Source: Promethearchaeota archaeon
GTDB taxonomy: Archaea > Asgardarchaeota > Lokiarchaeia > Sigyniarchaeales > SOKP01
Direction: 5' to 3'
Assembly (NCBI GenBank): GCA_048937405.1
Contig: JBHLNF010000006.1
Span: 64,001-128,000 of the forward strand
Length of the DNA: 64,000 nucleotides
Shown here: piece by piece, positions 40,143 through 50,172 of the stretch
How the letters are laid out: the number at the start of each line of letters is the position of its first letter
Position numbering within the stretch: position 1 is the stretch's first letter
Position numbers and translations under genes: made by a program
Notes under the pieces: generated by a model
The model's database searches: none
What the model saw: the letters and a program-made list of their open reading frames with translations, nothing else
What the model was told of the DNA's origin: nothing

Positions 40143-41195
40143 TCAATTTATTACTAAAGATTTATTTTTAATACTATTATATATACTTTTATTTAAATAA
40201 AGGTATTCTGTGTTATTTACTCGTTTTTTAATCAATAGATTAAGTTTATCAATTTCATTTAGATATTTAGTCACTGTATTATAATGCATATGTAATGATT
40301 TTGCAATTTGACTTTTATTATAACCTTGTTTATTTTTCCTTAAAAATCTAATGATGCTTAGACCTTTTTCTTTTGAAATAATTTGGAAAAGTTTATCATT
40401 TTCTTTACTAAGAGAGGATTCAAAATATGATACGTTTTTGTTTATTTTTTGCTTTCTTATTAAATCAAACTTCAATAATATTGATAAATGCCACTTTATA
40501 ACAAACGGGCTTAATTTCAACTTTTTCGATAATTTATTAGCATAGATTCCTGGATTTTTTTTTATATAACTATAGACAAGTTCTCTATTTGTATTTGACA
40601 GTACTGTTTTTCTGGTTAATTTTGATCCTTCAAGGATTAAATTCTTCTTTAAAAGCAAGTCAATAGTGGTATTTATACCATTATTATTTAGATTGCCATT
40701 TATCTTAAATCTTGAATTAATATATGAAATCACTTTTTCCTTAGTAAATACTTTATTCTGATTTACAAATTCTTGAACTAAATTAAAAACCTTCATTTCC
40801 TCCTTTGTCACCTCTATACCCTCGATTTCCAGTGTTATATTATCTGTTGAGTTTCTATTTTTTGAAAGCTTTTTAAAGATTGATAAAAACTCAAATAATC
40901 CGTATGTCGCATTAAAACAAAAGACAATAAAGAGAATTTCTTGTTTTTGTAATAATCTTTCAATTAAATTACCAATAAAATCTGTTTGAGGCTTATCAAA
41001 CGAGACTGAATAGAATTCTTCGCTTGAAGTACCTATAAGAAATAGATTATTTAATTTATAATCGTTTGCAAGATAATCTTCATCTTTAATTTCTGTATTT
41101 TTTATTCTAGCAAAAAGAAAATAGATTATTGTGGAAAATAATAATATATTTAATAACAATAAAAATTCAAGCCTTAATTTCAGGTTTTTTTTCAT
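40143..41195 (-). CDS. Membrane-anchored protein with C-terminal tandem winged-HTH domains
   Basis: Two N-terminal TMs; NRELVYSYIKKNPGI...WHLSIL; second HTH NKSQIAKSLHMHYNTVTKYL. Confidence 0.8.
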   Translation of the reverse strand: MKKNLKLRLEFLLLLNILLFSTIIYFLFARIKNTEIKDEDYLANDYKLNNLFLIGTSSEEFYSVSFDKPQTDFIGNLIERLLQKQEILFIVFCFNATYGLFEFLSIFKKLSKNRNSTDNITLEIEGIEVTKEEMKVFNLVQEFVNQNKVFTKEKVISYINSRFKINGNLNNNGINTTIDLLLKKNLILEGSKLTRKTVLSNTNRELVYSYIKKNPGIYANKLSKKLKLSPFVIKWHLSILLKFDLIRKQKINKNVSYFESSLSKENDKLFQIISKEKGLSIIRFLRKNKQGYNKSQIAKSLHMHYNTVTKYLNEIDKLNLLIKKRVNNTEYLYLNKSIYNSIKNKSLVIN

Positions 41196-41533
41196 ATTCT
41201 TAAAAATTTTAATCTTTTAAATCAAATTGGATTCTTTGTATTATTTAGTTATTCAAATTAATAAATATAATCTATATTTTATTTTTTTACAAAACACCAG
41301 ATATACCTTTTCATAATTTATCCTAACTGATGAAAAATTAGCATTTTTCAATATATAAATCCATCAATCTAAAAAGTGAACACTATACTAATTGTAAAAA
41401 TTAGGTTGAAATAATTAGAATTTTCTAGTATTAGCAATTTTCTTTAATACTCTATAGTATTATTTCATTTTTTGTATTGATTTATTTAAATAACGTAGGA
41501 TCTAGTAGATAATTATAAATATTGTAGATTTTA

Positions 41534-42097
41534 ATGAACAATTCAAATCCTAAGGTTAAATTTATTACGCAAAAACTAGCTAAAATTAAAAATCAAACTA
41601 GTAAAAATGAATTTAGTGGCTCAGAAACTATTTATGAAAAAATTAGAAAGAAGACACCATGGATTTTTGGAAAAAGAATTAGAAAACCAAAAATAATCTT
41701 TCCTAAAATCAAACGTCCTAGGATGTCTTTGCCTTTACCACCTAAATCGTTTATTATTATTGGCATTTTTACTATTTTGTTTATCCTTCAAACAGGAATA
41801 ATATATTTGATAATCAGAAATTCTCCTTCTATTATTCAAGATGAATATGGTAATCCCATCTTCATAATCCCTAAAAATGTTAATGAAGCTTTAATTATTG
41901 AAAGTATAGTTGCATCAATTCTAATGATATTGTTTTCTATGGGATTTGTTTTAATATTTCAAGCATCTAAATATGTTTATAATAAAAAATTTGCTGATTG
42001 GATTTTAGTTATTGGAATTCTATTGATAATCATAGCATTTGGAATACTTCAATTAATGCTTAATGTAAAAGCTCCTGAATTATTTAAATCAGAATAA
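41534..42097 (+). CDS. OSTC/DC2 (OST3/OST6 family)-like oligosaccharyltransferase subunit
   Basis: TGIIYLII..SPSI, VN..LIIESIVAS.L..LFSMGF and terminal VKAP match the OSTC pattern GGIIYDVI..PPS, VNGQYIMEGL, MKLP. Confidence 0.75.
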   Translation: MNNSNPKVKFITQKLAKIKNQTSKNEFSGSETIYEKIRKKTPWIFGKRIRKPKIIFPKIKRPRMSLPLPPKSFIIIGIFTILFILQTGIIYLIIRNSPSIIQDEYGNPIFIIPKNVNEALIIESIVASILMILFSMGFVLIFQASKYVYNKKFADWILVIGILLIIIAFGILQLMLNVKAPELFKSE

Positions 42098-42127
42098 TTA
42101 TCTTGTAATAATTATAATATGTTACCT

Positions 42128-43552
42128 TTAGTAATTTAATCCTTTTAGCAATTGGACTGTAGTATACATATTCTTACCACTTTTTCTCAGAAAATCCATT
42201 GCTTCTTCAATTCCCTCTACAGTTAAATTAAACATTGGGATGATACTTGAAATTATTTTCCGTGTCCATGGTGACCATTCTGGTTTTATTGCCTCCGGAT
42301 TTAACCAAACCACATTATTTTTGAAATGATTTGCAAGTTCTTTAATATAGTAAATTCCAGGTAATTCATTTCTATGATAATAATATATAGATCCATATTT
42401 TTCTGTAAGTTCCCAACTCGCCATTGCAGCATCGCCAACAATAACTACTTTGTATTTATTATCATATTTCCTTAAGAATTCATTAAAATCTATTGCTTCT
42501 TCTGGATTCCTTCGAGCATTGAGATAAAGAGACTCATAAATACAATTATGGAAGTAATAATATTTAAATTCTCTCCAATGAGACATGTTATTAGCTGCTG
42601 AGAAGAGAAGATTAACCAAATGAGCATAAGGGGTCATACTACCTCCAACATCCATTAAAAGAATCATTCTTACATTATTTTTTCTCTTTTTATCAAAAAC
42701 TAATTCGATATCTCCATAGTTTTTAGCAGTTTTATCAATTGTTTTATCTAAATCTAATTCATCTTTTTTCCCGATTTCTTCCAATTTTTTAAGACGTTTT
42801 AGAGCTACTTTAATTTGTCTCGTATCTAACACAATATCTTTTCTATAATCTTTAAAGATCCTTTTTTGGGCAATTTGCATGGCCATCCGCATACCTGCAG
42901 AACCTCCAACCCTCATACCCATTGGATTTTGACCTCCATGACCAAAGGGTGATGTTCCTTGCGTTCCAATCCAGCGGGAACCCTTATTATGTTCTTCATT
43001 TTGCATCTGCATTAGTTCTTCAAATCGCTTTTGCATTTCTTCAAGATCAAGAAATTGACTCATCATTTCTTGAAGATTCCCTTCTATATTTGATAGATCA
43101 AAATTCTTTTCTAACCATTTCCAGATTTCATCTTTAATATTCTCAGGTGCATTAATAAGGATATTATCTCCAGAGATTGAATCAAATTTTTCTAATAGTT
43201 CTTCAAGAAATTGTTCTAAATCTTCAATATTTATATATTCTTGGTATTCTCGTAAAAGTAGTTTTAACCCTTCTAAAAGTTCTGGAAGTGTGATATCTTT
43301 ATTCATCCAATCCCATATTTCTTGTTTAATATCTTCAGGAAATTTAAGCATAGCTTCTTTAAAGAAATTGGCAAACGCAATGTCATATATATCAAAATGA
43401 TGTTCATTTTTACATAAAATTGAACGTGAAACGTAATAAAATTCAACCATATTATGAATAAGACCTTGATTTAGAGCCTGCATTAACGTCATATATTCCG
43501 TTATACTTACTGGCAACCTTTCTTTAAGATAATAAAAATACTCAACAAACAT
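42128..43552 (-). CDS. VWA-domain CoxE-like protein
   Basis: WIGTQGTSPFGHGG, ELDLDKTIDKTA, LMDVGGSM, YYFHNCIY, VGDAAMA, WLNP motifs. Confidence 0.9.
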   Translation of the reverse strand: MFVEYFYYLKERLPVSITEYMTLMQALNQGLIHNMVEFYYVSRSILCKNEHHFDIYDIAFANFFKEAMLKFPEDIKQEIWDWMNKDITLPELLEGLKLLLREYQEYINIEDLEQFLEELLEKFDSISGDNILINAPENIKDEIWKWLEKNFDLSNIEGNLQEMMSQFLDLEEMQKRFEELMQMQNEEHNKGSRWIGTQGTSPFGHGGQNPMGMRVGGSAGMRMAMQIAQKRIFKDYRKDIVLDTRQIKVALKRLKKLEEIGKKDELDLDKTIDKTAKNYGDIELVFDKKRKNNVRMILLMDVGGSMTPYAHLVNLLFSAANNMSHWREFKYYYFHNCIYESLYLNARRNPEEAIDFNEFLRKYDNKYKVVIVGDAAMASWELTEKYGSIYYYHRNELPGIYYIKELANHFKNNVVWLNPEAIKPEWSPWTRKIISSIIPMFNLTVEGIEEAMDFLRKSGKNMYTTVQLLKGLNY

Positions 43553-43661
43553 AATCCAGACTTTGAAAACTAATTTTCTATAATTTTATAACAGAATACA
43601 TCTAATATAGATTTTTACAATTTTAATAGGTACTTTAGAATAATATGAGATTTTTAAGTTT

Positions 43662-45815
43662 TTAGAAGATCGTAAAAATCAGATAACCCCAATTAATAAT
43701 TCCTCCGATTAATAATGCTATGGCAATTTCCATAATTGAAATCTTTAGTGCATATTTCCAATCTGTTTGTTTTGCAATAATTATAATTGTCGCAAAACAA
43801 GGGATATAAAGCATAGTAACTAAACTAAAGACTATCATCTGAATAGGAGTCAAAAGTTCTAAAACTGTAAATCCCAAGTTTGAAGCAAAAACAGCAAGAA
43901 GTACTAATGTTAACTCTTTTCGTAAGATTCCATAAATCAAAAAAACACCAACAGTAGCAGGTAATCCTAACCATAGTACAGATATAGGTGATAATACAAA
44001 ATTTACTGGCTCTAAAGCATTGAAAATCAAAAGTATTTCTAAAATAATTCCTAAAATAACAATTATAGGAAGAGCCTTATACACGAATTCTTTCGTCCTT
44101 AGCCATGTCTGTTTAGCAATAACATTGTAATTTGGAACACGATAATCATGCATTTCCATAATTAATTCTGTACAAGCTCCAGGCATTAACTTATTTAGAA
44201 TTCTACCTACAATCAATATTACTATTAAATTAATCGAAAATAGAAAAATTATCCATTCAAAACCTAAATATCGCCCTACTAAACCCATAACTACTGTCAT
44301 AGTCGCTCCGCATGGAACTAGAGATGTTAAAACAATAGATATTTTTTTTTCTCGTTCTGTTTCCATAATTCTACATCCTGCACATGCTGGTACATTACAA
44401 CCAAAACCTAATATCATAGGAATAATTGTTTTTCCATGAACGCCGAGAATGTGCATGATTCTGTCCATTAAAAATGCTGCTCTTGGTAAATAACCAGAAT
44501 CTTGTAAGATTTCAATAATCAAGAAAAAAGGTATCACATATACTAAAACACCACCAATTGCACCGAATAATCCTCCCATCCCACCATCCCAAAATACTTT
44601 TATAATTAGAGAATTTTCACTAAACAAGGAGTAAATACCTTCACTCCATATACTGTATAAATTATCAAATAAACCACCTAAAAAATTGCCTATTGTGAAT
44701 GTGAACATAAAAGTCCCGAAAAGTACAAAAATCAAAATAATATATCCCCATATAGAATGAGTAGTAAGATGATCAATTCTGTCAGCAATAGAAATTCTCT
44801 TAGCTTGTTTACCAGATTTCACAACCAAAACTTGATCAATAATTTTATGGATATTATTATAGATTTCTGATGAAATCATAGTATTAATATCCTCCCCATG
44901 AATATCTTCAAGTTCTTTTCGAAATTTATCAGCTAATTGAATTATTAGAGGGGATGATTCATTATGTACTAATGATTTTTTGATTTCATCATCATTTTCT
45001 AAAAGTTTTATTGCCAAAAACCTTAAAGGATAATTTAGGTTATTATCAAGGTTTTCATAATCCTTTAATGAGTTTATAATTTCTTTAACTTTTATCTCTA
45101 TTTCCTTTCCAAAAGAAAGAATATTGGATAAATCAGGAAATTCAAATTCCTTTTTTAATAATGACCACGATTTAACTCTTTTATGAATATGTTCTGTTCG
45201 ATGATAAACATGAGAATGATGATTAAATTTCCTTGACTTATGTTTATTATGATGTAAATGTGGATGATGATATATAACCATTTCTATTGCTTCTTCAAGC
45301 AGTTGATGAACACCTACTCCATGAATTGCAACTACTGGGAGAACTGGTAATTTAAATATTTCCTCTAATTTTTCAAAATCAATATCCATGTTTCTCTTGT
45401 GTAAAATATCCATTTGATTTATTGCCAGAATAATTGGAACATTTAATTCTAAAAGTTGAAATGTGAAAAATAAATTGCGTTCTAAATTAGTAGCATCAAT
45501 CACATTTATGATTAAATCAACTTCTTCAGAGACTATATACTCTCTGCTTACAATCTCTTCAATACTATATGTTGATAATGAATAGATACCTGGAAGATCT
45601 ACAATATTGAAATGATAGCCTAGAAAATCCAAATAACCTTCCATTTTTTCTACAGTCTTTCCTGGCCAATTTCCTATCGTCTGTGAGAGACCTGTTAATT
45701 GGTTAAATATAACTGATTTTCCTACATTGGGGTTACCCGCTAATGCTATATTAATTGAATCTTCATATTTTTCTCCTTTAAATCGCTTTGTCTTTTTTGG
45801 TAGATGACAACTCAT
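43662..45815 (-). CDS. feoB: Ferrous iron transporter B
   Basis: GNPNVGKS, NWPGKTVEK, DLPGIY, DSGYLPRAAF, GFGCNVPA, LYIPCFAT motifs. Confidence 0.97.
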   Translation of the reverse strand: MSCHLPKKTKRFKGEKYEDSINIALAGNPNVGKSVIFNQLTGLSQTIGNWPGKTVEKMEGYLDFLGYHFNIVDLPGIYSLSTYSIEEIVSREYIVSEEVDLIINVIDATNLERNLFFTFQLLELNVPIILAINQMDILHKRNMDIDFEKLEEIFKLPVLPVVAIHGVGVHQLLEEAIEMVIYHHPHLHHNKHKSRKFNHHSHVYHRTEHIHKRVKSWSLLKKEFEFPDLSNILSFGKEIEIKVKEIINSLKDYENLDNNLNYPLRFLAIKLLENDDEIKKSLVHNESSPLIIQLADKFRKELEDIHGEDINTMISSEIYNNIHKIIDQVLVVKSGKQAKRISIADRIDHLTTHSIWGYIILIFVLFGTFMFTFTIGNFLGGLFDNLYSIWSEGIYSLFSENSLIIKVFWDGGMGGLFGAIGGVLVYVIPFFLIIEILQDSGYLPRAAFLMDRIMHILGVHGKTIIPMILGFGCNVPACAGCRIMETEREKKISIVLTSLVPCGATMTVVMGLVGRYLGFEWIIFLFSINLIVILIVGRILNKLMPGACTELIMEMHDYRVPNYNVIAKQTWLRTKEFVYKALPIIVILGIILEILLIFNALEPVNFVLSPISVLWLGLPATVGVFLIYGILRKELTLVLLAVFASNLGFTVLELLTPIQMIVFSLVTMLYIPCFATIIIIAKQTDWKYALKISIMEIAIALLIGGIINWGYLIFTIF

Positions 45816-45886
45816 AAATTTATGATCCTTTTTTATATTGAATTCGAACCTTTCTATTATTTGTTAGTAAAAGCTGTATTACTTCT

Positions 45887-46186
45887 TTATATTACACAAC
45901 TTGGATCGCATTTTACAATGATTTTTGCTGCTAAGCCTCTTCCAATTACTAGTGATGATCCTTTTACAATAATTTGTAGAGGTCCTCTCATAGGAGCAGA
46001 TTTTTTTTTTTTAATTTTTACTCCTGGAACAATTCCTAAATTAGCGAGACGTCTTTTTGCGTTATAACCTGCTCTTACACTTACTACAGTGACTTCTTCC
46101 TCTTTTTTGCATTCTATTAAACATTTAATCAATGGAGCGGAAAGAATTTTCTCCTTATCTTTTTCTTCAGATAGATAATTAATGAT
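45887..46186 (-). CDS. feoA: Ferrous iron transport protein A (start may be ATC 46186 or TTG 46132)
   Basis: RRLANLGIVPG, APMRGPL, IGRGLAAKI motifs; directly upstream of feoB. Confidence 0.92.
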   Translation of the reverse strand: MINYLSEEKDKEKILSAPLIKCLIECKKEEEVTVVSVRAGYNAKRRLANLGIVPGVKIKKKKSAPMRGPLQIIVKGSSLVIGRGLAAKIIVKCDPSCVI

Positions 46187-46446
46187 TTATTTTCACCTAG
46201 ATGGAATTTCTTCTATGGTAATATAATTTATTTAATAATTAAAATTTAGGCATAACAAATTATAAAAAAATAATAAATAAAATCTTAATATTATTTTAAT
46301 TTTAAATTAATATATTACACATAAATATATAAATTTATTATTTATTAAGATTTTTATATAATTAAAATAGTATATAATAATTATTAAAGATTTTTAATGA
46401 ATTTTATATGATTTGAAAATCTTAGTATCTTAATTGATATATTGGT

Positions 46447-46812
46447 TTAGAACCATTGAGTTGCATCTGCTTCTAATACTAAATCATTTAATGTCGCAGC
46501 TCCAACAATTTTTACTCCTGGAATTAAATTCACTTTTTCCCAACCCAACATTCTTTTTGATGCCTCACAAACTAATATTTCTATTCCTTGTTCCATTGTT
46601 GTGTCGATCATTTCTTTTACACTTGGAAAAGCACCAAGCTTTATTTTTTCAGCTTCTCCTGGTTTAAGTATTCTTAAAGCAGTACCTAAATAATAAACAG
46701 TAGCCTTTATATCCATTGCTTTAGCAGTTTGAGCTAAAACTAATGGTGAATATTGCCGCTCTGGGTCATGACTGGTTTGAACATATAAAATATGTTTTTT
46801 TTCTTTACTCAT
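46447..46812 (-). CDS. DsrE-family protein
   Basis: ILVCEAS, VGAATL..L; size and pattern fit DsrE/DsrF. Confidence 0.88.
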   Translation of the reverse strand: MSKEKKHILYVQTSHDPERQYSPLVLAQTAKAMDIKATVYYLGTALRILKPGEAEKIKLGAFPSVKEMIDTTMEQGIEILVCEASKRMLGWEKVNLIPGVKIVGAATLNDLVLEADATQWF

Positions 46813-46928
46813 AAACTACCACCTTTTAATTTTTTATTATTACGATTGAATTATTATATTTTTTTTAAATATAAGCTATAAAAAAAGAGAGATTCAATCT
46901 TTTAAACCTCTCTTCTATTTTTTAGAAG

Positions 46929-46947
46929 AAAAAGTTATAATTTTTGA
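46929..46947 (-). promoter_or_regulatory. Putative BRE/TATA promoter element, duplicated near 56732-56750
   Basis: AAAAAGTTATAATTTTTGA occurs in both intergenic regions; the minus strand reads CAAAAA-TTATAA. Confidence 0.5.
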
Positions 46948-47010
46948 TATAAATATTAATAATCTGATTATAATAATTATAAAATATTATTTCATTTTCC
47001 TTTTTTTTTT

Positions 47011-47085
47011 TGAATGATTATTCATAATATTTAAATAATTAGGTTGATATGTATATATTAAAACATTATTGTGAATAAATATTCA
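47011..47085. promoter_or_regulatory. Two TGAAT-N4-ATTCA operator-like palindromes upstream of the DUF5320 gene
   Basis: TGAATGATTATTCA (47011-47024) and TGAATAAATATTCA (47072-47085). Confidence 0.7.
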
Positions 47086-47109
47086 TAAAAATATATGAGG
47101 TAAAAAAAT

Positions 47110-47496
47110 ATGCCCGGTGGAGATAGAACTGGACCTAGAGGTTTAGGTTCATTGACAGGTAGAGGTTTAGGATATTGTGCAGGTTATGACACACCAGGAT
47201 ATACAAAAGGTTTTGGCATGGGGTTAGGTAGAGGCGGTTGGCGAGGTAGAGGTGGAGGATACGGAAGAGGTTTTGGATTTGGCAGAAATTGGGATTGGGG
47301 TTATGGTTATAGAAGACCAATATATCATCCTGTTTATACTACATATCCAATTGATACATCACCTATAATTACCCCAGAAAATCAAATTACTATGTTAAAA
47401 CAAGAGAAAGAATATTTAGAATCAGAAATGAATGGAATCAAAATTGCAGTTGACAATATCTCAAAAAGAATTGAAGAATTAGAGAAAAAAGAATAA
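47110..47496 (+). CDS. DUF5320-family Gly/Arg-rich protein
   Basis: MPGGDRTGPRGLG..TGRGLGYC, GRG repeats, C-terminal coiled coil. Confidence 0.92.
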   Translation: MPGGDRTGPRGLGSLTGRGLGYCAGYDTPGYTKGFGMGLGRGGWRGRGGGYGRGFGFGRNWDWGYGYRRPIYHPVYTTYPIDTSPIITPENQITMLKQEKEYLESEMNGIKIAVDNISKRIEELEKKE

Positions 47497-47519
47497 TTTT
47501 TTTTTAATGAGTTAGTAAA

Positions 47520-47900
47520 ATGTTTGAAATTCATGAAAGTTATGAAGATTATTTAAAAGCTATTTATTTTATATCCAAAACTAATAAGGGTGGTTGGATA
47601 ACCAATTCTGAGATTTCTAATTTTCTGAAAGTTAGACCATCATCGGTTACAAGCATGCTATATAAATTAAAAAAAAATAGATTAATTACATGGAAGCCTA
47701 GAAAAGCTCTCAGATTAACAAAAAAAGGGAAAGAAATTGCTATAAATATTATTGAAAATTACAATTGTTTACAAAATTTTTTTGTCAATGTTTTAAAGTT
47801 GAAGAATAAGGCTATAATAGATAAATTATCTTGTGAAATTGAACATCACCTAAATCCTGAAGTAACTAATGCTTTAAATGATTTCATCCTTAAATATTAA
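47520..47900 (+). CDS. DtxR/MntR-family metal-dependent repressor
   Basis: EDYLKAIY, V.PSSVTSML.KL, LTKKG, CEIEHH motifs. Confidence 0.93.
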   Translation: MFEIHESYEDYLKAIYFISKTNKGGWITNSEISNFLKVRPSSVTSMLYKLKKNRLITWKPRKALRLTKKGKEIAINIIENYNCLQNFFVNVLKLKNKAIIDKLSCEIEHHLNPEVTNALNDFILKY

Positions 47901-47922
47901 CTATTCATATAGTACAAAAAAT

Positions 47923-48666
47923 CTATTGATTTAATGAAAAGATTAATAATATAGTAAAAATTCCAGCAAATACTAAGATTATTTGTCTAATATTATGTTT
48001 AAAGTCTAACTTGTGATGTAAGTTTGGAACTAAATCTGTTAAAGCAATATAAATAAAACTTGCTGCAGAGATTGCTAAAAATATAGGAATTAAATTACTA
48101 ATAGTATCTAAAATATAATAACTAATTAGAGCCGCAGGTATAGTAATTGAACTAGATAATGTATTTAAAAAAAATGCTTTCTTTTTTGAGTATCCACTAT
48201 CAATAAGTATAGCAAAATCACCAATTTCTTGAGGAATTTCATGGGTTATTACTGAGAAACTAACAATTATACCCATATTAATAGAAATTAAAAAACTAGC
48301 CGCAATGACAATTCCATCCATAAAATTGTGAATAGTATCACCAATAAGAAGGATTGGTCCTGCAGCATTCTGTATTTTACATTCTTCATCATGGCAATGG
48401 TGCCAAATTACAGTCTTTTCAAGGAGAAAAAATATAATAATTCCAATTAAAACTATTAACATAATTAATTTTGGATTGCTGTTTGATAAAGCTTTAGGAA
48501 TCATTCCCACTAAAGCTGCTGTTAATAAAGTACCTATAGCATACGAAATGAAACAGGGTATGAGTACTTTCTGTATTTGCTTTTTGAATGTTAGAAAAAC
48601 TCCAGCTGTAATTATTGCACCAATACTGCCAATAATACTGAAGATCAAAACTAATAAAATAATCAT
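47923..48666 (-). CDS. ZIP-family metal transporter
   Basis: WHHCH, GDTIHNFMDG, HEIPQEIGDF, FIYIALTDLVP motifs. Confidence 0.95.
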   Translation of the reverse strand: MIILLVLIFSIIGSIGAIITAGVFLTFKKQIQKVLIPCFISYAIGTLLTAALVGMIPKALSNSNPKLIMLIVLIGIIIFFLLEKTVIWHHCHDEECKIQNAAGPILLIGDTIHNFMDGIVIAASFLISINMGIIVSFSVITHEIPQEIGDFAILIDSGYSKKKAFFLNTLSSSITIPAALISYYILDTISNLIPIFLAISAASFIYIALTDLVPNLHHKLDFKHNIRQIILVFAGIFTILLIFSLNQ

Positions 48667-48686
48667 TTACTATTCTACTCCATTAT

Positions 48687-49628
48687 TTAATTTTGAGTTA
48701 TTTTCAATTTCCAAAAAGCCTGATTATTATAAAAAATCTCCTTAATTTTATTTTGAGATTTTAATTTTCTTAATTGTGAATTAATAATTTCTTCATTTAT
48801 TCCATCAATCGCAAAGGTTTCAATAATTTGATCATATCTCATTGGATGTCTTTCCAGTATAGATAATAACTCATTTTCTAAGTCTGATGAATATACACTA
48901 AATTTTCCTTCCTCTGGAAAGTTAATATTTGAATATTCAGCGAATATTTTATTCAAAATTAAAAAAGTGTTCTTAAAAGGAATTTTTACCCATTTTTCTG
49001 TCGGCGGTCTTATCGGAACATTAATATCAACTCTATTAGGATCTATTAAATCAATTTTCTCTTTAATTTTTAATAGTTCTTCTTTTGAGTCATTTATTCC
49101 TCTAATTATCATTATTTCTATCCAGAAATCACCATCAAAAATATTCTTAAATTTTTTTAATCCTCGAATTACATTTCTAAAATTTAAGGAGGGGTGAGGA
49201 CGATTTATTTTAATAAATAATTTATTATCTCCTGCATCTAGACTTGGTAAAATTACATCAGAAAGAATGAGTGCATCCTGAACTTCTTTATGATAAAGTA
49301 AACTTCCATTAGTAATTACGCAAACAGGTTTATTTGATAATTCTCGTGCCTTTAATATTAAGTCCTTTAAATCTTTATATAATGTAGGTTCACCACTACC
49401 TACAAATGTTATATAATCTATCGAATTTTCATGGATTTCTATGGCCTTCTCCATCTCAGTCATGATATCTTCTTTTGGGAAAAAATTATTTCTAGTATTC
49501 GTAAAGTTGGTCGTTTTTCCTAATTGACAATATATACATTGATAATTGCATGTCTTCGAAGGAAGTGGATCAATTCCCAATGAATTTCCTAATCTCCTAC
49601 TAGGAACAGGTCCATATACATATTTCAT
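48687..49628 (-). CDS. Radical SAM protein (COG0731-like)
   Basis: YGPVPSRRLG.SLGID, CNYQCIYCQLG, GSGEPTL, PSLDAG motifs. Confidence 0.93.
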   Translation of the reverse strand: MKYVYGPVPSRRLGNSLGIDPLPSKTCNYQCIYCQLGKTTNFTNTRNNFFPKEDIMTEMEKAIEIHENSIDYITFVGSGEPTLYKDLKDLILKARELSNKPVCVITNGSLLYHKEVQDALILSDVILPSLDAGDNKLFIKINRPHPSLNFRNVIRGLKKFKNIFDGDFWIEIMIIRGINDSKEELLKIKEKIDLIDPNRVDINVPIRPPTEKWVKIPFKNTFLILNKIFAEYSNINFPEEGKFSVYSSDLENELLSILERHPMRYDQIIETFAIDGINEEIINSQLRKLKSQNKIKEIFYNNQAFWKLKITQN

Positions 49629-49646
49629 ATTCTTAAAAAAAATAAA

Positions 49647-50087
49647 TTAAGGATTTTGGATCTTATATTTCTCAATTGCTCGTTTTAAAGTGGTTACTAC
49701 TAACGCCGCACAATGTTTATGATCATCGGGTAAACCTTTTAAAGCATTATCTATATCGATAGGTTTTAATTTTTCTGCAAATTCTAAGGTTTTTCCTTCA
49801 ACCATCATAGTAATTTGACTTCCTGCTGCTACAGTAGCACCACAGCCATCTGTGATAAAATTGGCTTTTTTAATAATGTCTTCCTTGATTTTCAAAAAAA
49901 ATTGCATAGTATCACCACAACTTCCTTCATAAGCATGCCAGGTGCTTATTTCATCTTCAGGAGGTTTGCCCCAATTTTTTGGATTTTGAAATAATTCAAC
50001 AATATATTTGTTATATCTCTTAATTTCCTCTTCCATAATCTCTTTCTGAATTTCTTCCACCCACTTATCTAAATTATCTGATGGCAT
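49647..50087 (-). CDS. IscU/NifU-type Fe-S scaffold
   Basis: NPKNWG, GSCGDTM, TDGCGAT, HKHCA motifs. Confidence 0.93.
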   Translation of the reverse strand: MPSDNLDKWVEEIQKEIMEEEIKRYNKYIVELFQNPKNWGKPPEDEISTWHAYEGSCGDTMQFFLKIKEDIIKKANFITDGCGATVAAGSQITMMVEGKTLEFAEKLKPIDIDNALKGLPDDHKHCAALVVTTLKRAIEKYKIQNP

Positions 50088-50172
50088 TTTATAATTGTAA
50101 ATTCAATCTAAGTTTATAATACAACTAATTATTTTATATTTTATAATTTATAAAATTAAAAAAATCATTTCT

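Noticed and set aside
46243-46261. Possible DtxR box AATTTAGGCATAACAAATT upstream of feoA
   Set aside because: Only one TTAGG half-site; too weak in AT-rich DNA to call.
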